Assembly: GCF_009914755.1 (NCBI RefSeq)
Contig: NC_060929.1
Source of the DNA: the human T2T-CHM13v2.0 reference genome, Homo sapiens
Reading direction: 5' to 3' (one strand)
DNA length: 64,000 bases
The notes beneath the pieces are model-generated. The model ran no database searches and was not told the origin of the DNA. It saw only the letters and a list, made by a program, of their open reading frames with translations. Position numbers and translations under genes: made by a program. Numbering within the stretch: the first letter of the stretch is position 1; each line of letters opens with the position of its first letter. Below are positions 26,840 to 42,190 of this stretch, piece by piece.

Positions 26840-27300
26840 AAATATTTATTCAGCTACCTATTGAGTTCTAGGCATTGCTCTCAAGCAGCTTGCAGTCCAG
26901 TGACAGAAACAGATAATCAAACAATATATGCCATCAGAAAGCAAGTACAGCATACCACAGGAAAGGGGGAGAAGCCAAAAAAGGTTTGGGACATGACATC
27001 TCTGCTGATGCATAAATAATACCTAGAGTTACCCAGTTAAAAGGGTAGAAGATGTCAATGTTCTTAGCAAAAGAAACTGTACATTTAATGGCCTGATCAT
27101 GACAGAGCATGACACATTGGAAGAACTTAAGGAAGACCCATGTACCTAGAGCGTAAGGTGCAAACTTGCAAACGATGCAACTATAAAATCAGGCAGGAGG
27201 CAAAGGTATGGACCTTCTTCTAAAGGCAATGGGAAGCCAATATTAATTTTCTATCAGAATGATCTTCAGGCTTCATTGGAATAATGGCAAGACAATTCAG
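26840..27300 (-). mobile_element. L2 LINE relic
   Basis: AAATATTTATTCAGC...CTAAAGGCAATGGGAAGCCA (antisense L2 landmarks). Confidence 0.55.
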
Positions 27301-27312
27301 GTAGACTGAGAC

Positions 27313-27993
27313 TGTTTCAATCAGTCTAGTCAAGAAATAAAAACTGCACCAGTTATTTTAACAAAAATAATTGAATGTAAAGAATTGTTAGCAAGGTATT
27401 GGACAATTGGGAGATCCAAAAGGAGATACTGAGATATCATAAGCATAGCAACTACAGGAAGCAGCTACTACTTCAATGGCTGGGAAAACAAAGAGAAGAG
27501 GTTGGTATTATTAAAAAGTATAAATTTGGAAAAGGGCCGCTGGAGAGATCAAGCCCAAACCTCTGAGGAGAGGAAGCTGCCTGGCTGGTGCTTATTTCCC
27601 AGGAGTTCAGAGGGTCCAGCAAAGCTGGGATTTAGGCTTCCCAGGAGAGGCCAGTTGGCAAGAGCTGATGTCTCCAAGAGACCTCCGTGAGGCAGGTCCT
27701 TAGAGTGTTAAAAAAAAGAAAAACTGCAAATAGGAACCAACTGCTGCTACTAGAAGCAAGTGACACTGCCAAGGAGAAGAAGCATTGCTACGTTACAGAA
27801 ACAGAAAGGAACAAGGCCCTGTTCCTCCTCTAGTTTCACATCTTCTTCCAGCTTCCTCTCTCTCATTGGCAAAGCCTACCGGGGAGCCAACCAGCAAAGG
27901 AGAAATGTGGTTTGCAGAGTTCCAGCCCCAGTATCAAAAAGCCAAGTAACAAAGATGACTTTGAGCTGAGAAACAATAGCTTAGTATTCAACA
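27313..27993. mobile_element. Old ERVL-class solo LTR (subfamily uncertain)
   Basis: TGTTTCAATCAGTCTAGTCAAGAAATAAAAACTGCACCAGTTATTTTAAC...AGCTGAGAAACAATAGCTTAGTATTCAACACA (TG...CA); resembles remembered ERVL LTR ends. Confidence 0.5.
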
Positions 27994-28398
27994 CATCAGA
28001 GGTTTGCAGGCTTCTGTCTCCATAAATACCTTCCTGACAGCTCTGGGGATAGGACCAAACTGAGAGCCATGGATTTAAGCAAGCTCCAGGGAGAGGGGAG
28101 CAAAAAAAGGAGATGAAGCCCACCCAACAGTCAGAATAAGAGGGAGGAATCTGAGCATTCAGAAGATCATGGCAGCCCTATTTCTACTGCCCACTGGAAG
28201 GGCACAGCCCAATCGGGGGCAGTCTGAGGCCACATAGAGCAAAGGACAATTTATCCTCAGGGCCTTGCATCTCCATTTACTACTCCCAGTGTGGGGCCCC
28301 TTACCAAACTCCAGCTTTTCTAAACAATGGCTCTTTGGTAATCCTGGAATACTTTTAAGTGCCGTTCACCTTACTTCCAGTTTCCTTCTGTGGGGGTC

Positions 28399-28703
28399 TT
28401 TTTTTTTTTTTTTTTTTTTGAGACAAAGTCTAGCTTCATGGCCCAGGCTGGAGTGCAATGGTGCAATCTCCACTCACTGCAACCTCCACCTCCCGAGCTC
28501 AAGCAATTTTAGTGCCTCAGCCTCTTGAGTAGCTGAGATTACAGGTGCACACCAAACCACGCCCGGCTACTTTTTGTATTTTTAGTAGAGATGGGATTTC
28601 ACCATGGTGCCCCCGGCCGGTCTTGAACTCCTGAGCTCAAGTGATCCACCCACCTTGGCTTCCCAAAATGCTGGGATAACAGGCCACAGCCACCGCATCT
28701 GGC
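28399..28703 (-). mobile_element. Alu (old J/S type)
   Basis: Poly(T), GAGACAAAGTC...GCCCAGGCTGGAGTGCAATGG...CCTGAGCTCAAGTGATCC. Confidence 0.95.
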
Positions 28704-28759
28704 GAGGGGATCCTCTTCCCTAACCCTTCATGCTTAGGGTGAAGTTCCAATTCAGTTTA

Positions 28760-29145
28760 GCAGTGGAATATATGACAGCCTTGAGCCAATCAGAACGCCA
28801 CGTGTTTCTGGCCACGGTGATTGGTTCAGGGTGTTTAGGTGATCCAGTGAAACCCAATGAGACTAAGAAAGGGACTGTTCTCCATCTGAAACTTAAACTG
28901 CCATTAAAGAGTAGGGGAACTCCTGCAGCTACATGACAACCACAAGAGGCAAGCTTGTTTGAATATAGGGATGCTACATCAACATGGAGAGCACAAAATC
29001 CAGAAATGGGTCCTGGTGCCGTCATTTGAGGTCCAAGCTGTAACTGAAGCCAAACGTACTGTCAGGCCTTTTCAGTAGGGTGATTACTGCATTTCCTTTT
29101 TTATTTAAGCCACGTGAAGTGAGATTTTCTTTCACTCACTATGAA
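28760..29145 (+). mobile_element. Old MaLR LTR (MLT1K/L-like)
   Basis: TTGAGCCAATCAGA...TGGCCACGGTGATTGGTTCAGGG...TTTCCTTTTTTATTTAAGCCA. Confidence 0.6.
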
Positions 29146-29294
29146 AAGATGCAGTCCAAAAAGATATAGCCCCTGTTTCTTGCACTTGTCTCTCTGCTCT
29201 TTCCCTATGTGCAAGATAACCTTTCCTTGCCCTGCTTTTAGATCACAGTGCTAGCAGGAACATGACTTCACGCAATAGGAAATAACAATATTAA

Positions 29295-29510
29295 GCAAAT
29301 GAAAATTGTTCAGCCTCACTAGCAATCAAAGAAATGCAAATTACAATGATCTCATCCTGATTAGATTGTCTCCCTAAAAAAAAAAAACTTTAAAAATTAT
29401 AATAGCCAACTCCAACAAAGTTATGATGAAATAGGTACATTTATGCACTGCATGTGATGGTGTAAATTGTGACACCTATTTTGGAAATTGTTTATAATAA
29501 TCTTGTCAAC
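29295..29510 (+). mobile_element. Old L1M ORF2 C-terminal fragment
   Basis: GTTCAGCCTCACTAGCAATCAAAGAAATGCAAATTA...GGTGTAAATTG. Confidence 0.65.
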
Positions 29511-29835
29511 TCTCTTTTGCCTATAACTGTTACTTAAATCTTGCACTGTGAGTTCTTTACATGTTTTTAGCTCAACTCCCCAAAAAGACAGGAGGTTCCT
29601 GGAAGCTCTCATTTTTATAACCATTCAACAACGTTTCAGCCAACAAATATTTACTACCAACTAGAAAGTGGAAACTATGCATAGCAGCTAACATAGGACC
29701 AAGCACAGTTGCTGGTGGTCTTGCTGGGAATATATACACTTAAAGGAATGAGAAGTAGAGCCAAGGCTAGCCACAAATGAATCAATCAAGCCTAACTGTA
29801 GAATCCCACACAGCTTCAGTAATTATCTAAGACTC

Positions 29836-30249
<414 letters not shown>

Positions 30250-30299
30250 CTACTTCTCTAGCACCTCAGGATCCTGTCTCCAGCAGCACAGAACACCCT

Positions 30300-30660
30300 A
30301 CTGAATACCCTGAATACTCCATGCTGTTTCATGCCTCTGTGCCTTTGACCACCTTCTTCTTTTGTCTGGAATACCACCCTGGCCACCTGATGAATGCATC
30401 CTTCAAGACCTATCACAAGCGAGTCCTCCTCTATGATGCTTGCTTGAATCCCCTCCCTCCCTGATTGCAGCTGATGCTGTTACCTGCTCTTATCGTTATC
30501 TGTGACACTATCTCATGATTTCAAATACTCATTTACCTGGCTCATATTTTCACAATGCCACACACTCCTTGAGGTTCTCATTCATCTTTCTATGCCGGCA
30601 TTTATAACAGTGCTGAGCACATAGTATGCTCAATTAATGCTTATTGAGTTGATTGGTAAA
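30300..30660 (+). mobile_element. L2 LINE 3' relic
   Basis: CATGCTGTTTCATGCCTCTGTGCCTTTG...ACAGTGCTGAGCACATAGTATGCTCAATTAATG. Confidence 0.7.
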
Positions 30661-31551
30661 TAGATTTTAAACTGATCGTACTTGAATGTTTTTGAGAGTT
30701 GCAGTCGATGGGACAGGAAAGGTTTATATGTATTTTTGTCCAGCCAATTCTACAAGCTTATGTGTACATGGAGGTACACACACACACACAAACACACACA
30801 TACCCCCTAGGCCTCATGTGTAACCCTGCTGTGTGTTTCTGAATATTAGCAAAGGGAATACTTGACCAGCTGGAGCCTTTCTCCAGGAATAGCTCCATGC
30901 ATCAATCAGAAGAGTCTGAGTTGACACCAAGAGGTAAAAATGCTCAGTGTTTTCACCCAAAAGGTGACATTTTGTCTAACAATGTTAATTTTGCACCATA
31001 AACACTTTTTATACTACAAAAAAAATCAAAGTAAATGCCTGTCAGGTCGACAATTACAAATGGCAAAGGAGTGATTAATTCCTGCAAGAGTGAACTTGAA
31101 TTATACCAAAAGACAAGTATTTAAAAAACAATTTGACATAGATTAATTAGCTCTGTGTCTTCATAAAGCAAGATCTTTGTTTGGCTTCAAGTGCACTCCA
31201 GTTTCTTTAATGTTAAGTATACAGATTTGCTTTATTTTACTTGCTCAGTTTTTGCCTGAATTTTTATCCTGAATTTTCCATCATTATTTATAGCTCTTCC
31301 CACAGTCAAAATGCCTCAGTTTAGGAACACATTTTCACTCATACATGGTTACCAAGTGGATTTCTAGCAGAAGCAACCATTTGAAAATAAGAAGAGAAAA
31401 TACAGGTGTACGTCACCTAAAGAAATTCATGAAGGTACTGCCTCAAACTACAGCTGTACAGAACTAAAAAATTATGCACTTTTAAAAATTGTTCCTCATA
31501 AATTCCTTAAATTACCTACTTTTGTTGAACTTTGTTCCTAGGGAAAAATAA

Positions 31552-32221
<670 letters not shown>

Positions 32222-32224
32222 TTA

Positions 32225-32810
32225 GAGTATCTATGTACTGAAACACTCTATAGACTTTACAAATGATGTTGGAGAAGAATATATAACAGTTGGGAAGATG
32301 GTCTTGATATAGTGATAGGGAGGGAGCAAATCACAAGCAATATTTTGAGGCAGCAAAAATCATGATTATGAGCATGGATTCTCAAGCCACACTGCCTTGG
32401 TTCAAATCCCAGTCCTATCACTCACTAGCTGTATGACATCAGGCAAGGTAGTTAATCTTCTAGTGCCTCTGTTTCCTCCTCTGTAAAATGAGGGCAAATA
32501 CTAGGACCTAGAGCATAAATTTGTTGTGAGAATTAAATCAATATAAATAAATACACACAAATAAAGTACTTAGTACCCGAAACATAGTAAGTGCAACAAA
32601 ACTTTGGTTCTTGTTAACATTTACAGTATATTTCTGTTTTTAAACACAGTGTATGAACATATTGTACATAAGAAAAATATCTTGGAAGTATATGCCTCAA
32701 AATATTAGCCAAGATTGTCTCAATGGGATTAAGGGTAATTTGGGGGAGGGGGCAGTCTTTATGTTTATTTTTCACTTTTCTAAAATAAAGATGCATGATT
32801 TTTAAAATAT
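32225..32810 (+). mobile_element. Old L1ME-type 3' UTR relic, interrupted by MIR
   Basis: GGAAGATGGTCTTGATATAG...AAAATATCTTGGAAGTATATGCCTCAAAATATTA...TTTTTCACTTTTCTAAAATAAAGATGCAT. Confidence 0.45.
32348..32610 (+). mobile_element. MIR SINE, near full length
   Basis: GGTTCAAATCCCAGTCCTATCACTCACTAGCTGTATGAC...GTGCCTCTGTTTCCTCCTCTGTAAAATGAGG...CATAGTAAGTGC. Confidence 0.9.
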
Positions 32811-33394
32811 TTTAATGTTGATAATTGTTAATGAAATTTATTTTTCTTATGTGCTTTTGCTTTTAAAATATGTTATTAATAAAACACCATGTTTAAAAAG
32901 ATGTATAATGTATTACAATAAAATATAATGTACAGCTTCAGACTTTGCTGGAAATTAAGTACAAATTTATTGTATTTGAAGAATTTGAAGTCCACGGTAT
33001 GAAGTAAGGTATGACTGTAGTTTTTGACTGTTGTTTTGTTTTGTTTTTTAATAATTTATTTCATGGATTCAACTTTCCTATATGACATTCAGAAATGTCA
33101 TTCGTTTGTTCACTTCACAAATATTTTTAGTGACTACTGTGTGAATAGAATGCACAAAAATCACGCTTTCATATTATGTAACATACTAGAAGACAATAAT
33201 TGCATCCAAAGGAAAAAAAAAAAAGGAAAGAGTGGCAGGAATTGGGCAGAGGGACAAAGGGGAACAGAGAAGAGCCAGCTACAATGTTTAAAGGGTAGTC
33301 ATGCTAAGCCTCAGTGAGTATTCACTAACGCCAGAACTGATGAAAAGCCCTTTGAGAAACACAAATACAAGTATTCCATCACCCCCCACATAGT

Positions 33395-33870
33395 TATTGG
33401 ACACTTAGAACATGTCAGGTCCTCGGCTGGTTACTACGGATTCAGTAGTGTCCCAAAAAGTCATGGGTCATGCCTTACTTTGCAAAGTATAAAATCTTAT
33501 GGTCAAACATCACTAACAAGTAAAGAAAAAGATATAAATAATTACAGATTATCCTAAGCATGTTGAAGGAAACAAACAGGTACAGGGAGGGGAGCTACCC
33601 CTTTAGAGCAGTTGGAGATGCTCTCTCTGTAGAGGTGACATGAATGCCAAGACCTGAAAGATGAGAATAAGTCAGTCACGTCAAGAGGCAGAAGAAGAGC
33701 TGCTTAAGTACAGCAAAGAACGTGCGCAAAAGCCCTGAGGCAGAAAAGAGCTTGGTGCATTCAAAGCCCTGAAGGAGGCCTGAATGACTAGAGGCTAGTG
33801 GACTAGGAAGCAATTGGTAGGGAAGGGAGAATAAGGTAGAGAGAAGCCAGCTAATGCACAAAATCAGACT
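33395..33870 (-). mobile_element. L2 LINE relic
   Basis: CTCTGTAGAGGTGACAT...AGACCTGAAAGATGAG...GTGCGCAAAAGCCCTGAGGCAG. Confidence 0.7.
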
Positions 33871-33969
33871 ATATCACTTTTTTAGAAGAGAAATGTGGTC
33901 TTGGTCAATTTCCAGTGCCACCTCCAACCTGCTCTTCTTCCTTGAGTTGTCCCATGACATCACCCTTGC

Positions 33970-34365
33970 CCAGGAGAATTCAGGTCCTGGCTCAGAGTCT
34001 CTTGTGGAATTGCAGTGAAGCTTGCAGGTAGGCTGCAATGATCTGAAGGCTTCACGGGGTCTTGGGCATCTGCTTGCAAAATGGCTCGTTTACACAGCTG
34101 GGGGCACAAAGTCTCTGTCCCTGCTTAGGTGGGCCCTTCCACAGGACCCTCACAACATGGCAGCTGGCTTCTCCCCAGAATGAATGACCCAGAGTGAGCA
34201 AGGAGGAAGCTGCAATGTGTTTTATAACGTAGCCTCAGGAGTAACATATCACCACTTCTACCATAGTCAACTGATCACATAGACTGACTCTGATATAATA
34301 TGGGAGGGGACCACACAAAAGCATAAATATCAGAGGGGGGAGAATCACTGGGGTCCATTTTAGCT
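33970..34365 (-). mobile_element. MaLR LTR (MLT1F/G/H-like)
   Basis: GGCTGCAATGATCTGAAGGCTT...CCTCACAACATGGCAGCTGGCTTC...ACCACACAAAAGCATAAATA...ATCACTGGGG. Confidence 0.75.
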
Positions 34366-34890
34366 AACCCTGGCTAGCTAATTAACTATGTTAACATATG
34401 TGAAAGTTTAATCTTCAAGCTTATATGTATGTGTGCATATGTGTATCTCGATATAACTCTTTCTAAATATGCATATATAAATATAACTCTATATATATCT
34501 AAAACTTGAAAATCATGTATATATGGCTTAGTATAGTTTCTGGCACATAGTGAGCAATAAATAATAGCTTTTTTTTTTTTTTTTTTTTTTTTACCAGTGT
34601 TGCTCATAAAATAGCCATTTGCCAGTTTAGCAGCCACTTCTGTGCCTCTCCCTTCTCAAAGTATTTCACCTCTTTAAGAGGGCTCCTGAGACAGGCACTG
34701 CTTGACACAAAAATATCACACATCTAATGGTGAAAATTTCATAATTCCAAGATTCAGGAATTATGGTCCCTTCCAAGCACATATACCTCAGAGACACCTT
34801 TCATTCGTTCGTTCATTCATTAATTTATTCACCAATATGTCTTTGACCTACCTAAACATTCCAGAATTACTTCCTTATCTCTAAAATATC

Positions 34891-35229
<339 letters not shown>

Positions 35230-35438
35230 TGAGAACTCCAAGACTCATCAATAAAAGAATTAATTCTTTAATTTCAAAAATAGAATGCATACAGTATGTA
35301 CTAAAAAATAGTATATATTCAGACCACTTTTGGTAATAAAGGCTGGAAGAAGCCAAGACAGGAAGAATAAATCAGAGTAAGCAAATGATAGAGGCAGGGG
35401 GTACTGATCAAGCAACAAAGTGGATGTAGGAAAGAGAG

Positions 35439-35444
<6 letters not shown>

Positions 35445-35502
<58 letters not shown>

Positions 35503-35650
35503 TATATATATGTATATATACCTGACATATATATATACACACACATAGGCACACATACAATATAAATAAATACCTGATCAATAATATAAGACATATATTT
35601 GACTGGTATGGTATACATATGTGTGATATATGTAGATAGATAGAGACATA
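35445..35650. repeat. (TA)23 microsatellite followed by (CA)n and degenerate TA-rich repeat
   Basis: Pure TA 35445-35490, then CACACA and TATATG-type units. Confidence 0.95.
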
Positions 35651-35689
35651 GATACAGGCATCCCTGTGTGCAAGTCTTGCCTGGAGTGC

Positions 35690-35832
35690 TATTCATGCTT
35701 CTCCTCATTTAATCTCACAGCAACCCTGGGAGTCAGTGCATTCACAGGTGAGCAAACTCAACGAGGCTAAGAAACTTGCTGAAGGTCTTACAGCTTGGAT
35801 TTGAACCCATATATGTCTGGCTCCAAAGCCTA
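35690..35832 (-). mobile_element. MIR SINE relic
   Basis: CTCATTTAATCTCACAGCAACCCTGGGAG...GGATTTGAACCCA...GTCTGGCTCCAAAGCC. Confidence 0.75.
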
Positions 35833-35842
35833 TGTGTACCAG

Positions 35843-36063
35843 CAGGGGTCAGCAAACTAACCACCTATGGGCCAATTCTCTCTGCTGCCTGCTTTTATAA
35901 ATAAAGTTCAGTTGCCACAAGCCAACAGCATTTCTCTACGCCATGTTTATGCTGCTTTTATGCTAGCAGAGTAGAGGTCAGTAGTGACAACAGAGACTCT
36001 ATGGCCTGCAAAGCCTAAAATATTTACTTTCTGCTTCATTACAGAAAAAGTTTCCTGACCCTC
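35843..36063 (+). mobile_element. hAT-Charlie DNA transposon fossil, MER58A-like
   Basis: TIRs CAGGGGTCAGCAAACT ... AGTTTCCTGACCCTC; internal ATGGCCTGCAAAGCCTAAAATATTTACT. Confidence 0.88.
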
Positions 36064-36829
36064 TACTCTTTATCATCATCTTATCTGAGAAACTAACTTG
36101 AAGATTTGGGGGAAATTGTCATAAATGCAGTCCATTTCGATAAGAAAAGTCTCTTGGGTGTGGTTGTGTCTCCTTACACAGTTTAAATCTATGGTCAGTT
36201 GGGAAATGGAGACTGTGCCTTTAAGGTTTAAAGCATTTAATGCTTGAGAATTACAAGAAGACATTTTGTGACATTTGAAGCTGTTTCGATTTCAGCTGCC
36301 TGTTATCTGACACTCCAAAATAAAATCACTAAAAATTTGCAGCCTACTTACTTCAAAGCTTACATATGAGAACTGTGATTGTCCTAATGTCCCTCAAAAA
36401 AAATATATATATATATATACATGAAGTTACGGTTTGCAAGGCAATTCAAAACATAAATGCAAGCTCTTTGGTATTATTATTAACTAAAAATATCATTCAG
36501 TCCTCTTTGCAAGCTCCAAAATATGAATTTCTATTATAAAGCTATAGAAAGTTTAGATTTCAATTCCAATTCATAAAACCTCATATATTTATTCATTCGG
36601 AAAATTCTGACTGAGGACCTACTATATATCAGGCAATGCTATTGTTTACAGAATGGTTATTTGTCAGGTACCAATTGCCTTACCTGTAGTATACATTCAT
36701 CACCAATGATATTTTAACTTTTAAATGAGATTTAAGAACAGCTATGTCCCTATTATCTTGGAGCTTATAGTCTACAGGAGAAGAGAGAACTCAAATAAAC
36801 ACAAGTAACTAAATATATCATTACAAAAT

Positions 36830-37527
<698 letters not shown>

Positions 37528-39549
37528 GAATGTGTGAAGAATAGAGTTCTAAGAAAGATAGTAACAGCGTACCTAGTTCCTTTTGGAAGACTGGGAATGC
37601 TTCCTGGGGTAAGAGACATCTGAGATGGGACCCAGAGATGGAGCAGGGCAAAGCTATGTGAATTATTTGAGGAAGAGGAGCCTTGCTGCAATGTTCACAT
37701 GTCAGAACGCTGAGGATTTGGGAAAACTGGGACCAGTGTATAATACCTAACATTTGCAAGTTGGATATTAGTATTATTATTACACTTCTGTACACACACA
37801 CATCACACACGCACACACATCCCAATTTACAAATGGGCAAACTAAGGGTAGGAGAACTGCAGAGTCATCCATTTGCCAGGTAAATGACAAATCTGAGGGT
37901 CATACCTAGGCTGACTCCAGGGGCCAGAGCTTTCCACTGACCCATGATTTGCATCTCTTCCCTGCTCATTGACATTGATGAAATAGGAAAACCCTTGCAC
38001 CACAGCCTTCTTCCCATTTCAGTTTGTGTGACACTGGGGTATTTTTAAAAGAAACTGATTTCAGAGCCATATGATTTTGCTTTAAGATTTCCAAATCCAA
38101 AGAGAAGAAATGTCAAAAGCTGTCATTTAAACTAAGCGTGGCCCCAGACTCTCCAGCTCTCCAGCAACCCACTTACCCTACCCTTAATAGCACAGCTGCC
38201 GCACAAATTTCTTTTCTGGAAAGAAAACATCACCATCAATCCTTTGTATTCTTGGGGATTCCAAAAACAGACCCTGGTGTTTGGTGTTTCTCGCTTCTTT
38301 TGGTTTCCTGGTCCCAAAGGGGTCACTAACTTCCTGGGGATGTAACACCAAGTTCAGAAAGCTGAATATAAGTTCTGCAACTTCCTGAAATTTCCCAACT
38401 GAAAAACAATTTTCCTTTTAGAGCAACCACAGACATGGATAAGCACAGTCACATATCTCTCTGTGGTCACTTAATTCCCTCTTAATAGGTGAGGAAAAAT
38501 GGTTGGAGTGGAGTGATGTAACCTCTGCAAGCCTAACAGACATTTAGACTATATTCTCAAAGTGTCATCAGAACCCAGTGGTTTTTCTGGTCATCAACAG
38601 CATCCCCCCCAACTTTCCATCGCCCCTAGACATCAACCTGTAATGATTTTAGGACCCACAGACCTAGATTCAAATCCCCAATCCTCAACACATGAACTAC
38701 ATGACCTCGGGCAACTTCAGTGATGTATGTGAATCTCAGTTTACCAAATCCATGTACTCAAAAAAATATCAACTTACTTTCCTAAATCCCTTTCCCCCCC
38801 ACCACTCTCAACATGGAAGATTGATATGCTGCTGGTTTTCACCAGCAAGGTAGAAGCATTTATAAAAATATTAAATATTATCTGTAGTTTTCATAAATAG
38901 CCACTGCCAATATCACCAGAATCTCTCCATAATCTAGCAACAAAAGGGTTAATAACTGGCACATCTGGGACCTCTAGGACCCACAGCTGGTATCATTTCT
39001 TATTGGTAGATGCCCAAGACAGTCAAAGTACCCAAAAGTATCTGTCCTTGCTGCCCACCACAGGTTCTCCCAGGGGTCCCCAAGGACCAGCCACGCTCCC
39101 TCTATGTATTCGTCTCGGCCCTGGGGATCCCTGAGTGAACACTACCAGACTATATGGGAGCATCCAACTCACTGTAGCTCACAAATACCAATATCGGTTC
39201 CACCTGCCACAGTGTGTCCTAATGTGGCAAAAGCAGTATGGGGAATACCTTTGGCAGTGCATCTAACACCCAGGTGAGCAAGCCCCTCCATGGCCATACG
39301 GACCACAGAGACTATGGCTGCCCATCTCAGGCCAGCATGCCATAGAATTATCTCTGTGTGACCACTTGTGGAAATTACAGCCACTGGGAGCCAGGCTCTG
39401 AGAGGACCAGAGAAAGATGAGGACAGCAGATGGTCAAGTCAGGAGATATTAGGTGCCACTGCAGGCTCAGGCCAGTGGCCGAAGGCTTCAACTCCATGGA
39501 TGGCAATTCCAAGAGAGAAGAGTACTTTTTGAGAGTCCTATAATTACTG

Positions 39550-39690
39550 TGATTCTCCCCATTTCACAGACTAAGAAACTGAGGAACAAAGAGATTATTT
39601 AAAATGTAGGTGACAGAGTCTGAATCCAAACCCAGGCACCTTGGCAACAGAGGAAGCATGCTTAACCTTCACACCGACTGCACTGCCTCT
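39550..39690 (-). mobile_element. MIR SINE relic
   Basis: CCCCATTTCACAGACTAAGAAACTGAGG...TGACAGAG...CAAACCCAGG. Confidence 0.65.
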
Positions 39691-40162
39691 CATTTGACCC
39701 AAAGTATACTTTCAACTTAATTAAAAATGACATTCCAGTAAATGATTTTCATGGCATAGTTGATAAGAGAGAATTTGACCATATAAAAATTTTAGACAAC
39801 ATTATAAAATCTAGAAAAAAATTAATGTAATTGCTTAGTTCAGCAGAAGCTGAAAAAGGCCTCAGGACCCTGAACAATAGTATTGATTTTAAAAAGAAAT
39901 TCTCTATTTTTTGAGAATGCAAGTCTCCTAATGACTATCGACCAACAAATGAGCAAAGAGGTTGGTGGAGGAGTTTGATGTAATTCCCTGTGTCAAACCA
40001 CAAGGTGTCACTTAGCATTTGACAACTATGCCATCAACAAATCACAGCAACAATTTCTAAAAATCAATAAATGACCTGTAAATCATTATCTTTTTAATGA
40101 ACTATGTGCATTTCAGCTTGTATCACTTGGTAAGCAGTTTAATAATTTAGATTAGAGAATTA

Positions 40163-40530
<368 letters not shown>

Positions 40531-41569
40531 TTATACATTAGCGTATTACTGTAATGCTTAAGTATTTTTAATGCCATCCCTATAAACACTTATAAAAAGG
40601 ATATTTTCATAAGTATGTATGAGAGTGAGCTAGCAAATTTATGATCATCTGAGTATGGTGTTCAAGCACCACTACTTTGCACAAAACAGCCCTTCAAATC
40701 TAGTCATCACACAGACCACTCCTTGTCTCATCTGTGTCTGAAGGTAGAATCATGCACAGAGAAATAGGACATCAAGATAAAAGTAAAGGAACTATAGTAG
40801 ATGGGTTAAATGTGTTTTTCTTTTCTCTGTTTCTTTTTTCTTATTTTGGCTCTTGGATCCCTCCTTGGGGAAATCAACAATTCCCTACTTCATGTGGTCC
40901 TTGCAAAATGCATCAGGATGCTTTCTTTGACATAAATTAAGAAAGAAAGAAAAAAACTCTGACAGCTAGCTTAAAATCTCACACAAGAAGGCAAGAGGTA
41001 AAGCAATTCAATGACATTCGGGTCTTCTGTTCTCTAACTAGTTAAGAAACTTGCCTGAAGCACCCCCATGCCCAGCAGACTTCCAATTCATGTTTTGTGT
41101 CAATTGGCCAAAATGAGGTCACAAAAATTTGGCTGCTTCTAAACCAAGAAGCACATAGGGAAAGGAATTATCTTAAGTGATACAGACTAATCAAGACTCC
41201 CTACCTACCAGGGCACCCCTAATAAAACTTCAGCAGCCAAAAGTCAGAGAAGATACCACTTCTATGTGGGCTTGAGTTCCACAATCACTAGAAAAAAATG
41301 TTAAAGGTAGATCTTAAGGAGGAAAGAAAGTCATTTAGCAGATTGATATATAATTATTTCCCTTTCTATTAAAACACAGCAAATACTATCAAATAAAGCA
41401 ATTACTCAACTCTCAACCCTAACAAAAATGCACACTAGACATGCAAACAGAAAGCTGGGTCCAAGTTGGAAGCTAGATTCACCATTTACTGGTCTGTGCA
41501 GCACCCATTGGCCATCAAGTGTCAAGTATACTAAGTCTTTGGAAGAAGCCAGACAAATTACCAAGCAAA

Positions 41570-42190
41570 CACAATCTATTCAGAGCAGAGAGTTAGTAAT
41601 ATTAATTGTATCAGATAGGAATTTTTATGCAAAGTGTTTAAAACTCAGCTGAAATGCCTTAAGCAATTGATCCAGAGTCAGAGTGGGCTTTAAGTGAACT
41701 TCGTTGATTCAGCAGTTTAGACATTATTACCAAATACCCTTGATGTCTCATCTTCCTTCTGTCTCTTAGCTCTCCCTTCCATAGGGATTGTTCCATCATC
41801 AGATTCCATGTGGTAGACATGCCCCAAATACACACAGTAGCTTCAGCTTTACTCTTATGACAACCAAATAGCTGCCCCAGTTTCAAGCCACACATGCTAA
41901 CCCTAAATGCTCCAGGGAAAAGAAAATGTCAGTTCCAACAGCACATAGCCAGGTCTTGGGATCCCTTTCATTGTCTTGAAATGGGACATTTGACTAAACC
42001 CAAACTAATAACTGCAGCTAGGGAAAGAAGATATAAATTGGCTTAGGTCCATTACAGTCTAATCCTTGAACTTTGTGACAGATCAACTCCACACCAAAAT
42101 CATATAGAAAAGAGAGATGTTCAAGATATAGTTAGAGGGAGAAAGGGAGAAGACAGGAATGGGTACTGGAGCATCACACAACAAATTTCC
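41570..42190 (-). mobile_element. Old MaLR LTR (MLT1-like)
   Basis: TATCAGATAGGAATTTTTATGC...AACTCAGCTG...CCCAAACTAATAACTGCAGCTAGGG; highly decayed. Confidence 0.45.

Noticed and set aside
35260-35708. ORFs with YIYIYI repeats
   Set aside because: Translations of the (TA)n microsatellite.
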